Shown here: positions 42,901 to 55,070 of the stretch, in pieces
Layout of the letters: every line of letters starts with the position of its first letter
How positions within the stretch are numbered: the first letter of the stretch is position 1
Assembly (NCBI GenBank): GCA_001275005.1
Contig: JWZX01003393.1
Coordinates: 1 to 58,270 of the forward strand
Source of the DNA: Chrysochromulina tobinii
Lineage: Eukaryota
Direction: 5' to 3'
Length of the DNA: 58,270 bases
The notes under the pieces: generated by a model
What the model saw: only the letters and a program-made list of their open reading frames with translations
What the model was told of the DNA's origin: nothing
The model's database searches: none
Position numbers and translations under genes: made by a program

Positions 42901-45900
42901 CACCTGGCTCACCTGCCGCACCCTTCGCCTCACCGTCGGCCGTACGCCCCGCGCCTCCGAGGTGAGCCCCGGCAGCCCCGGCTACATCACCGATGGAGCC
43001 AACCTCACCGTGCGCTTCTCGGGCAGGGGCGGCCAGTGCGGCGCCGGCGTGCGTAACGTGTTCTCCACCTCGCCCGCCGTTCTCCTGAGCGACGTCGTCG
43101 TCGGCGGCAACTTTGGCAACCGCACCGGGCCCACGCTCCTGTCCGCTTTTGCTAACGACGCCGATGACGCCGACGCGGTCATCTCGGCGAATGACACGCT
43201 CATCCTTACCTTCAGCGAGCCCACTAACCAAGCCGGCTATCCCGCTGGCCAGCTGCTTCCTTCCAGCTGGGTCGCGGCAGCGCTCGATACGCCACCCGCG
43301 CCGGCGAGCGCGTGGCAAGCGGTCTGGATCAATGCCACCAAGCTGCGCCTCACTGTGGTGAATGCGAGCGGCGTCGACCTCGTTGCGTGGGGTGCGACTG
43401 TGGGCCCCACCGACCTGGCGCTCACGGCGATGGTCGGCGTCCTCCCCGGCGCCGCCATCCGCAACGCAGCGTTCTCATCACTCCCTGCGTCGACGACCGT
43501 CCGATTGAGCGGCAACTGGGGAACACTTCCGGGGCCACGGCCGACGGCCCTGCGCGCCTCGGCGGGAGGTGCCGTCAACCTCGACGCGGTGTACTCGAAC
43601 CTCGACATGATCGAGATCCAGTTCTCCGAGGCTACCGACCGGGGAGGCCACGCTCGCGGCGAGCCTTTGAACGCTAGTCAGCTGAGCTCGATGCTCAGCT
43701 GCCGCTACCGGTCATGGCGGGCGCCGCTCACGTACCCAGCCACGCCGCTGCCCCTGTCGGCCTTCGGCCAGCTGCGCGCGCAATGGTACGTGGACGACGT
43801 GCTCACGCTCACCGTCGTGGATGCCTCGTCGGCCTCGCCCCTCTTCCTCACGCCCACCTTCGGACCGCCTCCCCTGGGTGGCGACGGCGCCATGATCCAG
43901 AGGCTCCAGTGCTCGATCACGTCCGACGGGCGAGTGCGCAACCGCGCCGGCACCTCGCGCTTCGCCTCGGGCGACACGAGTGCGCTCGAGGGCGATTGGG
44001 GATCCCTCCTTCCGCCGCGGGCGATCAACATGACGCTCGACGTGGGCGGCATCGACATGATCACGATCGACTTCGACGCGCCGACCGACCGAGGCGGCGT
44101 GCCGCTCCGTTGGCCCATCCCACACAGGCACATTGCCCCCCCGGCCATCCAGTGGCGGCGCTACCATCCGACGACCAATACGTACAGCTGGAACGAGATT
44201 GGGCTGTACTCGATCGGGCAGGGCCGTTGGGAGAGCGACAGGCGCCTCGTGATCGAGGTCGTCGAACAGCACCCGAACGCGACGTTAGCTCGCTCCCTCA
44301 TCTGCCAAGGGCTTCTGCAGGCGAGGCTCTACACCACCCTCAACATCCGCAACGCCGCGCGCACCTCGCGCGCCGCCGAGGGCTTTGTGGTGCTCGGCGG
44401 TGGCGGCTGCGGGCAGGGCCGCTCACCGGCTGTGTTCGCGGCCGGTCATGCGACGGACGGTGCGCTCGGACTACCTGCCGCCGCTCGCCTCACCTGCAGC
44501 GCCGCCAACGCTGGGCACCTCACCTCATCGTCTCCCGAGCTACGCGCCTTGACGGCCACCAACGGCTTCGCCGTCAGCGCGCTCGCGGCGTCCTCCGGAG
44601 GCCAAGGCAAGGGCTTCTCGATGGTCCTCCTCGAGGATGGCTCCGTCTACACCTGGGGCAGCCGCATCGTCGGCGCGGCGGGAGAACGCATCGAGGGACC
44701 GCGCGATCGCTCTCCCGACATCTTCCCCGGCTCACGCGATCACCTCGTGCTCCCCGCACCCGCGCCAGGGGCTCCGGCTGGGAGTGCCATCCGCGCCATC
44801 GCCATCGCCGCCGGCTGTGCGCACGCCCTCGTGCTCCTCTCCGATGGTCGTGTGTGTGGCTTTGGCGCGGATGACGAGGGGCAACTTGCGGGTGCGCCCT
44901 CCGCGGCGAACGCTACGCTCGCCGCCTTCGTCACTTGCCATCTGCTGCCGAGCACGCTGCCGCGCATGCGTAAGATCGCCTGCGGCTGCTCGCACTCGCT
45001 GCTCGTGGCCGCCGAGTCAGACGCGCTCTACGCCTTTGGCGCGTCCAACGCGGGGCAGCTCGGTCGCCCCGCGGGCTCGAGTGCCTTCGAGCCCATTCAG
45101 TCGTACCATCCGCACTGGCTGCCCGCCCGCGGCGCGTACGCCAACGTGTCCATCGTCGGCGTGGCCGCCGGGCGCGACCACTCCGTCGCATGGCTCGCCT
45201 CGGGCGCTGTGTGCACCTGGGGCTTCAACGACTACGGCCAGCTCGGACCCGTCTACGAGGGCGTGGGCAACTCGTCGGGCGCTCAGCTCATCGTCACCTT
45301 TGCCGGTCGCACCTCGGCCGCCTGCTTCAACGTCACCGACGAGGGTGGCGAGCCGGTGAGGGTGGCTCACGTGGCCGCTGGGCAGCATCATACCCTCGCG
45401 CTGACAGCGACGGGGCGCGTGTTTGCCTGGGGCGACCCCGCTGCCGCCGTCGGCGCCACCGCCGCCACGGCGTCCGCCGCCGGCGTCACGCTTCAGCCGT
45501 CGCACGTGCCGCAGCGGCCACTCGAGATGTGGGGCTACTCCTCGTCCTCCTCCGCCTCCGCCTCCTCCGCGCCGCCACGGGGCACGTATGTATACTCGAT
45601 CGGCGCGGGCGGCGCCCATTCGGTCGCCACGACGGCGCGGGGCGAGGTGTGGACGTGGGGGAACAATCGGCAGGGGCAGCTCGGCTCGGGGTGCACGACC
45701 AACCTGCCGTCGGGGGGGCCGTACGCGCCGCGCCGGGCGCCCTCCTCGCCCTCCTGGTTTGTGTCGACGCGTTCCTGGCGCACGGTCGCCGACCGCACGC
45801 CCACCTCGCTCGCGAGGCTCGACTTAACGGCACGGCTCAACTCGATGCTCACCTTGCTCCCTGCCCTCGGCCTCCCTGTGGGTGAGGCGAGCTCGATGGC

Positions 45901-47471
45901 TGGCCTCGAGGCGCCCTGCTATGCGGCGTGCGAGGCTCAGGCTGCCGCGGCCGCCGCCGCTGCCGGCACGGCGGGTGCAGCGGCCGTCGCGAGCTGCGCC
46001 GCCTTCACCTTCCCCGTTGGCGGCACTCTCCCGTCCCAATGCGTCTTCTACGCGGCGACCGCCGGGACCAGCCGCTCCGGGATCGCGACGGTGAGCGCAC
46101 TCCCGAGCAACCCGAACTCGCTGTATATACTCGAGGAGCGCGAGCGGGGCGGGGCGCGCCTCTCGGCCGCGGGCGGCACGTCCACCGATGCAGCCTTCAC
46201 CCTCGTCGCCGTCGGCATGGTTGGCGCGGAGCGCTGCCCTCCCGCGGGCGAGCTACAGTTGCCGTGCGGCGGCCCGCAGCGCGGCGCGTGCGTCCTCGGC
46301 CTGTGCGTGTGCAATGCCTGCCTGGCAAGGCGATGCGTGCGACTCGTGCGGGACGGAGTGCGTGCACGGCACTTGCGCCCTCGACCCGGTGAGCCAGATG
46401 CCCTCGTGCGTCAACTGCGACATGGGCTTCCGAGGCCCCTCTTGTGCCGACCTCGACTGTCCTCGCTGGCCGTTGACGGATGCGACCTCGACGAGCTCCA
46501 ACTGCGCCGGCCACGGGCTCGGACCGGACGACGGCTGCTATCAACGAAGCGGCGCCAGCGGTACCTTCGCGTGCGCCTGTGCGCCCGGCTGGCAAGGGAC
46601 CTCGTGCCAGCTGCCCGACTGCTCCGTCGGCCTCGACAATTGCAACGGCTTCAGCCGCGGCCTGTGCAAGTGTAGGAGCACAGTCGACGGCTCCGACCTC
46701 GGCTTTGCATGCGCGGGCGCCAACACGACGGCGCAGTGCGTTTGCAGCGACGGGCATGCGGGCCCGACCTGCAACGTCACCTGCCCGGTGGCGCCCAATG
46801 GGCAGCGCTGCGGCGGCCATGGCGTGTGCCGCACCATGGGCGGCGTGCCGCAGTGCATGTGCGACGGCGGCTGGGGGCTGCCTCCGGGCGGCACAGCCCG
46901 AGATGCATGCACCCACCCCGTCTGCCCTGGCTTTGGCACGCCAAGCGGCGAGTGCTCGAGCAACGGGGTGTGCAACAGCGCAGCGACCGGCGCCACCGGC
47001 GCCACCTGCATCTGCAACGCGGGCTTCGAGGGCGATGACTGCGGCGATCCGCTCTGCCCCTCCATCGGCTTAGCTGGCCCATGCACTGGGCACGGGCTGT
47101 GCAGGCTGAGCACGGAGGGAGGGCAGCGCATCCCCGTGTGCCAGTGCGACTACGGGTGGAGTGGCACCGCCTGCCAAAACAACTTTGGGCTCAATACGCT
47201 GATCATCGCACTCTCAGTAGCCTCCGGCCTCATCTTCATCACCCTCATCATCTGCGTCGCTCTCTACTGCAGAGGCAAGGGCGCGAAGTTCAACGCGGTC
47301 GATGCGTACCGACGGCGCGTATGGGAGCGCTCAGGCACCCATTCCTCGTCCCTCGGCTTCCATGGACCTGTCTTCATGCCAACACGCGTCGTGGGCGTGC
47401 ACAATCGCATCGTGCCTACTTGGATCGACGAGCCCAAACTCAAAGTCCGCGCGGCCACCGCGTCACGGTGA
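39953..47471 (+). CDS. Giant type I membrane/surface protein: signal peptide, ~9 acidic beta-rich repeats, RCC1-like repeats, EGF/tenascin-like repeats, TM helix, short tail; intron 41546-41785; apparent 1-nt frameshift at ~46313
   Basis: Repeats like GP.I.S..A.DPD.AD...S.ND...L.FS..T; RCC1 motifs AAG..HS/T...G.V..WG.N..GQLG; C..HG.C....C.C..GW.G..C repeats; TM LIIALSVASGLIFITLIICVALY. Confidence 0.85.
41170..41251 (+). repeat. Coding 18-bp tandem repeat (GNLTGN)n
   Basis: ggcaacctcaccggcaac x4.5; each unit has an N-x-T/S sequon. Confidence 0.9.
41546..41785 (+). repeat. Intronic minisatellite gattgcctcgctcatcaagt
   Basis: Many 20-nt units plus internal cag|gtgagcc pseudo-junctions. Confidence 0.9.
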
Positions 47472-48058
47472 AGAGCCGTGAGCCGGGGAACACATGTGTC
47501 GCAGCGCACCTCTCTCGTCTCGTGAGTCTGTTTGTACACTCTAGTACGCTCGTAAGGCCGTACAGAGAGAGCCTCCTCGGAAGCCCTTCGTCGTTGTGCC
47601 CTGCGGTGAGATGTGACATGCCCGCCCTCTTGCGGTGTCCGGTGACGGCTTCGTTCGGCATGAGCATGTGTCAACGCCGGCCATGATTGTGCTGGACGCC
47701 TCACGCCTGTGTGTCCGCGTGTGTATGTCACCACCATGGTCACCACCTCGTCAACGGCACTAATGGAGGTAATTACCCCGAGGTCACATGGCCGGCGTTT
47801 GCCCGTTTCAAAACGTGCACAGGAGACAGGTGTAATTACGTGCACAGGCTTCCCAGTCTCAATGTTTACGTCGAACCTCAAACAGTCAAAGGCGCATACA
47901 GCCTGCGAGCTGCCGTCCGCCACAACAGGTCACATCGAGCGCAGGTCCCCATACCTCTTAACTCCCCGCCCCCCCACACACAAGACATCTCTGTGACCCC
48001 ACTCGCGGGCATCGAGGCGCGACGCTCTCGGCAGCGCCTCGGCCAAGTGTACATCTTC

Positions 48059-49033
48059 TTAGGCGGCCTTGCAGTTGTCGCCGCCCTCATGGCAGTGGAC
48101 CTGGTTCGCCTTCTCTGCGGACGTGAAGTCCTTGGGAACAGCCCACGAGCACTGCTCCTCGATCTTGAGGGCGCCGAAGGCGACGCGGACGTAGCCCATC
48201 TCGCCCCAATACTCGCCCCACGAGTTGCGCACGATCCAGTAGGGGACGCCGGCTTCGTTGCCCCAGCCCACCACCGAGATGACGTGGTCCACGCCCTCGC
48301 CGGACGCGTCGGCAATCCCCTTTTCGTAATTGAGGAGCGGGCCCGCGTCGATGCCGCAGGAGATGGGGCCGCGCGCGATGATCTCCTTCATCATGGCGTC
48401 CTTGCCGCTGATCGAGCCGTAGTCGGAGATGGTGGCGTTCGGGTACGACGAGAGGCCAGTGCAGGTGCCACCCTCTTGGGAGAAGCTGCCGCAGGTGCGG
48501 GCGATGTTGATAGCCTTGCAGGTGGTGTCGACGTGCTTGCAGAAGCCCTCGGACGAGTCGCTCGTGCAGGCAATGTACGGGTTGGAGGTCTCGTACGCAA
48601 CGCCGGCGCCGGTCTTGGAGATCTCCATCATCCACTGGTACGGACCATCGATGCTGCCGCCCGAGCAGGAGCCAACATTGCCGCAGTTGAGCAGGTGCTG
48701 CACGGCCAAGTTGACATCGATGCCCTCAGCGCCGCGCGCGATCTTGATGCGGTCGCCGAGCGCCGAAATGGCGCCATGCGCCCAGCAGGAACCGCAGTAC
48801 TGCGGGATGTGCTGGTTGCGAGACATGGTGCAGTAGTTCACGCCGGCATTGTTGCACCAGGTGAAGTTGCTGGGCATGACGGCGCTCGACAGCAGCTTGT
48901 CGTGTGAGTCGCTGAAGTTGCCGCGGATCTTGATGCCCATGTTCCTCTGCACGTCATGGCTCAGAATCTCGCTGCGACGCCCCGGCGCCGGGGCGTACGC
49001 GCTCGACGCAGCGATCAGGGTGATTGCGAGCAT
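48059..49033 (-). CDS. CTSZ: Cathepsin Z/X-like papain-family (C1A) cysteine protease
   Basis: RNQHIPQYCGSCWAHG (HIP mini-loop of cathepsin Z), HVISVVGWG, YWIVRNSWGEYWGE; signal peptide. Confidence 0.93.
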   Translation of the reverse strand: MLAITLIAASSAYAPAPGRRSEILSHDVQRNMGIKIRGNFSDSHDKLLSSAVMPSNFTWCNNAGVNYCTMSRNQHIPQYCGSCWAHGAISALGDRIKIARGAEGIDVNLAVQHLLNCGNVGSCSGGSIDGPYQWMMEISKTGAGVAYETSNPYIACTSDSSEGFCKHVDTTCKAINIARTCGSFSQEGGTCTGLSSYPNATISDYGSISGKDAMMKEIIARGPISCGIDAGPLLNYEKGIADASGEGVDHVISVVGWGNEAGVPYWIVRNSWGEYWGEMGYVRVAFGALKIEEQCSWAVPKDFTSAEKANQVHCHEGGDNCKAA

Positions 49034-49353
49034 GTGGGACGGCGCAGTTGACGGGCTGCTGCTGCTGTGAAACACACAACGCGCACGGGCCCGCCGACGC
49101 CCGCGGCGGCGCTTTTTTTCGAGGTCGCCCACACCTTTGCTGCTTTGCATGCCTTTGAAGCGGCCGTGGCTACTGCACGCCCGGAGCACACCCGTTGAAG
49201 TGGTGCGCGGTTGACTAAGCGCGCGGTGGTCACGGTGGCTTTAACCAAGGGGGTACAGGGGACGGATTAGCAACCATTCCTCATACCCTGATTTCAAACT
49301 GAGTGTGGGGCGTGGGCCTGGGGGGGCGACGGTCGTTAATCGTTCACGTCGCC

Positions 49354-51350
49354 TCAGTGGAGCCGTGCGGTAGGATCTAATCGACCACCTGGCATGGGAT
49401 CTAATCGACCGACGGCATCCTCTACCACCTGCATCGCGCCCAGGCATGCCTCGTCCTTCCACGGCAGTGTTACGATCTGTATGCCGATTGGAAGCCCTTG
49501 GCTCCCACGCATTGCCACATGCGCCGCGCGGCTGAGCGAGTCGTGCAGCTTCCCGCCGTCGTAGAACTGCTCGTCCGCGCGTACAAAGGTCACGGGCAGA
49601 GTGCCAGCTGGTACGTTGAAGAGGTTCCACACGAACGTGTACGAGCATGCCTGGTTGAGCAGCACGCTCATGCCGTGCGGAAAGGCAGGCAAGCCGAGGC
49701 CAGGGCACAGGAGGGCATCGAGCCCAGCGGCGGCGAAGCGCTCGAGGAAGCTGTCGCGCAGCTCGCTCACCCGCGTGATCACCTGCATGCAATGAGGGAA
49801 GCAATCAGAGGCGATCAGAGGCCATCGTAGGCAGTCACCCGCGTGATCACCTGCCAGTACTCGTGAGCCGTCTTGGCTGCGCCCGAGAGCACGAGATCAG
49901 CCTTTCGAGGCTCGCCGAGCCCGTGGCGCATCACGGCGCTGAGCATCGGCCGGATCCAATTTGGAACGCAGGCCACCTGGCACAGGAAAGCATAGTTTGG
50001 GTGGAGTTTCTCGCCGTCGATGCCGTCGAGGAAGCCTCGGAAGTTGCCGTCGGCAGAGAGTAGCGCGACGTACAGCTTCGCCGCCTCGGCCATCTCGAGC
50101 GGTGTGAACTCGACAACCTCGTGCCCCGCGGCGCGCAGCGCCTCCGCCGTCCCGCGCACGGCACGCTTGCATGCCTCCGCGGGCTCGAACCAATGATCAG
50201 TGACAAAGTACCCGAAGCGCAGCGGCTTCGACCCCTCTGAGCCTCTTCGTGAAGGGCTGGTGGGACCTTTGGCTGTGGGACCTTTGGCTCGATGGGCGAC
50301 CGATGCGCGGTCCCAGGGCATGCGAGGGATCGTTGTGTCCGCTGCGTACATTGCGGGCTGGCAGAACGCATGCATCACGAGCTCGAGATCGGCGACGCAT
50401 CGGGCTATCGGCCCTGGCGCAGAGCGCACCTCGCGCTGGCCTGATCGATTGCCGCGGCGGGGCACGGTGATCCCCTTGTACGAGAGACGATCCACAGTCG
50501 GCTTGAACGCGCACAGCCCCGTCATGAACGCGGGGATGCGCACCGAGCCGCCGACGTCGGTGCCGAGGCCGAGAGGAGAGCCTCGCGCCGCGATGAGCGC
50601 GCACTCGCCACCAGTCGAGCCGCCCGGGCTGCGCCCAAGATCGTATGGGTTGCACGTCGTCCCATAGATGGCGTTGAACGTCTCGGGCAGCATGAGCAGC
50701 TGTGGCACATTGGTGCGTGCAAAGGGGATGGCGCCCGCCTGCTTGGCGAGGGTCACCAGCAAGGCAGTCTCCTCCGAAGGAGCCTCAGCCAGGCGGCAGC
50801 ACGCGCCGCAGGTGCTCTGGAAGCCCGCCATGCGAATCTGCTCCTTGACGGAGAAGGGAAGCCCATGCAGCGGCCCCCGGAGCTTGCCCTCGGCGCGCTC
50901 GAGGTCGCACGCTTTGGCCTCGGCGAGGGCCTCCTCGTAGGCCTGCTCGGTGACAGCCCTCAGCGTCTCGTCGACTTCGATGGCACGGGCGATGAAGCAT
51001 CTCATCACATACTCGGCAGAGAGCCGCCCGATGCTCATCGCTCCAAGGAGCTCCGTTGCCGTCATGTTGAGGAGCTCAATTGGTTCGATGAATTGGTTTG
51101 CGAGCTCCGAACCAAATGGCTGCCTCAATTTCGTTCGGACGCGGTGTGCCGCAGTCCACTTGAGGCAACCGTCCCACGCCAGTCCCGCATCCCGAGCACG
51201 AGTAAGGCGAGATTCGAGCTCACGCCGTTTGATCTCGACCAGCTGCCGGTACCTCCTGTGGACGGCATGCGCCGCAAGGCGACGCCAGACGAGCACGATG
51301 CAGCCGAAACCAGCAAACCCAGCGGTGGCGAGCGCGACACACCTCCGCAT
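49354..51350 (-). CDS. Amidase-signature enzyme, FAAH-like; intron 49783-49850
   Basis: N-terminal TM; GPLHGLPFSVKE (Lys), PGGSTGGE, GTDVGGSVRIPA (Ser-Ser), GLPIGIQ. Confidence 0.92.
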
Positions 51351-51565
51351 CGCGCGGACCGTGCCCGGCTTCCCCTCCGCCACCCCTGCGTGGTGCCCAC
51401 CATGCTGAGCGGTGTGAATGTGTCTGTGACCTCTGTGTGATTTCACTCGTGTGCAGGTGAAAAAGTCATTTACGCGCTGCATCTCTCACATTCAAACGAC
51501 CCGCCCGTTACGCTTCACTTGAGAGGAGCGAGGGGGTCGCGATCGGGAACCGAGCCGGGACCAAG

Positions 51566-52903
51566 ATGTTCTCGTCCCCGTGGAGCATGGCCAAAGGCAT
51601 GCAGGCGAATGCGGCCGCTCACGCTGCCGAGCTTTTAGCGAGCGCTGACATCGGCTTCCGGCGTGCTGACGCCGCGGTGCCGGTCGTCTCGTACACCACG
51701 CACTCTGTTGGCCGCAACGCTCTGGGCATGGGCAGTGCATGCCCATTCGAGACGGACGAGCTGGTCGTTGCTGCAGCTGCGCCAGTGTTCACCCAAGCCG
51801 AGTGCTGCGCCGTGGTCGACGAGGCGCGGTCGCTCATTGCCGAAGGCGCTCGGAGCCGCTTCACGATGACTGACACGAACAGGGACGTCGCGGTCGAGGA
51901 CATGCCGAAGACCCTCGCCTGGCTCAACAACGGAGCATTTGCGCGGTTGACGTCCCTCGCAGCAGCCTGCTACCCTGGAGTGGTGGACGATGCCACCGAT
52001 CTCTGGGTGTACCGCGCCTTGGTGATCAACTACGACCACAGCGCTCAGCTCACGCACCAACCCATCCATCGCGACCACTCGCTGATCTCGTGTGTGGTGC
52101 CACTGAGCGAGCGGCGCGAGTACTCGGGCGGCGGCACGTTCATCGAGCCACTCGGTCGCGCCATCGCGCTCGAGCAAGGGTGTGCGCTCCTCCACCCGTC
52201 AGCCGTGCGGCACGCGGGCCACCGCATCACAGCGGGGGAGAGGTGGGTACTCGTGCTCTTCCTGAATACGGTGAGCATGAAGCCCGCGGAGCACGGGCGA
52301 CGCTTCCGGCTACGCGCGCATGAGAGCTTTGCTCGCGAGCAGCTGGCCGAGGATGATGGCATCGATCGGACGTACCTTGGGGCGGCGGAGGCGGCGGCGG
52401 AGGAGGCTCTGGCGCTCACGGACGACGACGACGATGACGACGACGGCTACGGCGATGATGATGAGCTTCGCAATCTGGAGCTCGCGCGTGAGGTGACGGA
52501 GGAGAGCGACCACGAGATCTGGTACGATCTCGGTACGCGAGCTCACGAGCTCGGCGTGCCCGAGGAGGCGCTGTGGAATTACGAGCGCGCGGAGGCGCTC
52601 AACCCACGAGATTCCCTACTGCTCACCAATATGGGTGTCGCCCTCGCGGAGCTGGGGCAGCCGCGAAGGGCGTTCGTCGCCTATCGACGCGCGCTCGCCA
52701 TCGACCCATACAATGTGAACGCTCGTCTCAGCGCTGGCGAGCTGCTGCTCAAGGCGCGGCGGCTGCGAGGTCTCGAGGTGCTGCTCGCCGAGGCGCCTGT
52801 GGAGTCTCTCGCTGCCGATGTAGGGCTGCAACGGCTGAGAGCGAAGCTAGCCCCAGGAGACCCGCATTGCATCGCCTCAAACGAGATGCGCATTAGAGAT
52901 TAG
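51566..52903 (+). CDS. 2OG-Fe(II) oxygenase (prolyl/lysyl hydroxylase-like) with C-terminal TPRs
   Basis: IHRD (HxD), YSGGGT, HAG..IT.GERWVLV.F; TPR-like helices A..LNP...NMG.AL..LG. Confidence 0.85.
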   Translation: MFSSPWSMAKGMQANAAAHAAELLASADIGFRRADAAVPVVSYTTHSVGRNALGMGSACPFETDELVVAAAAPVFTQAECCAVVDEARSLIAEGARSRFTMTDTNRDVAVEDMPKTLAWLNNGAFARLTSLAAACYPGVVDDATDLWVYRALVINYDHSAQLTHQPIHRDHSLISCVVPLSERREYSGGGTFIEPLGRAIALEQGCALLHPSAVRHAGHRITAGERWVLVLFLNTVSMKPAEHGRRFRLRAHESFAREQLAEDDGIDRTYLGAAEAAAEEALALTDDDDDDDDGYGDDDELRNLELAREVTEESDHEIWYDLGTRAHELGVPEEALWNYERAEALNPRDSLLLTNMGVALAELGQPRRAFVAYRRALAIDPYNVNARLSAGELLLKARRLRGLEVLLAEAPVESLAADVGLQRLRAKLAPGDPHCIASNEMRIRD

Positions 52904-53182
52904 TGCGGGTACGTATTCATTGAATGGAGGGATTTTTGTGGGGTTCCTATGGGCCTCAGATCTCGCGCGTTAGGATACCGATCGGATCCTAAGCCCCGCC
53001 GAAATCGTCGATCCGGCAGCGATCCGGTCCGGTGGCCAGGTCCATGCCGCCCGCGCGCCTCGGTGTCGGGGCTGCCCTTGCTTCGCCCGCGCGCCCGGGA
53101 ACGAGGCCAAGGCGTGACTTATGACGCGAAGATCAACTACGAATCAATAACGCGCGGCGCTTACTGCCGACAACGGACAAGC

Positions 53183-55070
53183 TCACGTCAAATCGCGCAT
53201 GGGGTTGCTGCCCCGCGCCGCTAGGTGCTGCACCTGGATCTTAGAATCACTATGTCGGTTTGACCCGCCCAGTGCGTGGCCAGCTGATTGTCGTTGACGG
53301 TCACGGTCCATCCTGACTTTCCTCTTCACGAGACCCTCCTCTGTGCTGTACTCGATGCCGCGGCCCTTGAGAGAAACCGGCAAGCCCGCATACCAAGACT
53401 CGTTGAAGAACAACTCGTCGTTGGAGCGATCAGCGACGCTCATCTGTGCCTCGGGTGTGTCGCGAGCCCAAGGGGCGATCGGAAGACGCCCACCGCACCA
53501 CCCAGTGCTGCTCGCTTGCAACACCTTCACCTGCTTCCGATTGATGTACCAATCAGTGGCAATCAGTGGCAATCAGTGGTAATGAGTGGCAATCAATAGC
53601 ACTCACCTGCTTCCGATTGATGTACCAAAGCTTTGCGATGGAGTCCATGAGCGGCGACGCATTGTAGCGCTGTGCGGTGAGCGCCTCGTGCGCTCCCTCA
53701 CGAGCGTCCGTCGTCGCCTCCAGAGCCGACCCGCACGCTTCGGCCGTCCATCGGTGGAAAGCCGAGGCATTGAGCTCATAGCGCACGACCTGGGAATCTT
53801 CCGCGTCGCGCAGTCTCGAGTCGAGTGGAACGTCCTGATGCACCCATACGAAGAGTTTGTCACCCATAAGTCGCAGACCATTCGATACTGGGAGAGACGC
53901 TATCCGAACCCCCGAATGCCTTCTTACTTGGCAATGGAAGAGCGGGAAGGGTTGTGACCAGCTTCGGCCGTCGGCGGAGCACGAGATCATCAGCGAGGCG
54001 TTTGCCAAGGAGGACAAGTCGTCCACAGAGGCGAAGTCCCCTGCACCCGGACCCGAGCCCGACCGGGGAAAGCGACGCTGCGCACTTGTGCAGTGCACCC
54101 CCGACCAAGAGCTGAGCCTGGGCCCCTCAGCCACAGAGGAGCCTGAGTGGCAGCCAAGGATGGCAGGGTAAAACGCGAGCAGGCGGTCGGTGCGCAACGG
54201 GTGGTGTTGCACGGCAAAGGTGTATATATTGGCAGCGCATGCGTCCGTGCTCTTCAGGCGAATCGACCGCATCGCCGTCCATTCCTGAAGATCAACTGAT
54301 GACGTCACCTGCACGAAGCGGCGGCCGAGCGTAGGGTTTGCTCGAACGTAATGGAGGAAACGTCCGCGAAAGTAGATCAACGAGAAGCGCCCATCGTATT
54401 CGCACACGCCATGGCGAATGAATGGTGACATGCCGTTCGCGTTGACCCTGCCATCGATGCAGCCTTGATGCCGTCCGTCAAAGATCCTCCTGGGAGAGGA
54501 CCAGGCCATGAGGTCCACACTGCTACGATCGCGAGCCGCTGCACTCAGAGCGGCGCTGTCCGCACTCACATGGTAGACACCGTCTTCCATTGAATTCTTC
54601 TCGTCGCCCATGTGCCGACCTCCAATCACATGCAGCCTGCCATCGTACATGAGCAACGCGGCGTTGTGAGTCATAAGGTAGCGGCGTTGCTTCGCTTCGT
54701 AAAGGCGTTCCAGGAGCGTTTGGTTCTCGTCACGCCGCAGCATCGGACGAGCTGCATCCGCTCCCTCCAACTGCGCAAAGCGCAGCTCTCCGTGGATGAC
54801 GCCATTCTTCCACACAAGCCACGTATCGCCACCGCTCTCCACGATGGTGAAGTAGCGAGCAGGAGTGCGCGAGAAAGATAGTGAAACATGAGAGCGCAGA
54901 TGGCGCATGACATAGCTGACTGCGCTGCAGCTTCGGCCCGTCATCCCATGAAGCAGGGCCGCCCTCTCCCTAGGATGAACAGATTTCGCCACGAATCGCT
55001 GCTTGCAGTCGTATGAGCGTGCTCCCGAACTCCTTGTGCCAGAGCTGTCGGAACATCGTAGCCTTGCCAT
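53183..55070 (-). CDS. Hypothetical protein, possibly five-bladed beta-propeller glycosidase-like; intron 53531-53606; start uncertain
   Basis: Long ORF; CEYDGRFSLI.F.G....YVRAN, QV.SS.DL..W, S.S.DG..WS (Asp-box-like). Confidence 0.5.

Noticed and set aside
47687..48907. 406-aa plus-strand ORF
   Set aside because: Antisense shadow of cathepsin Z
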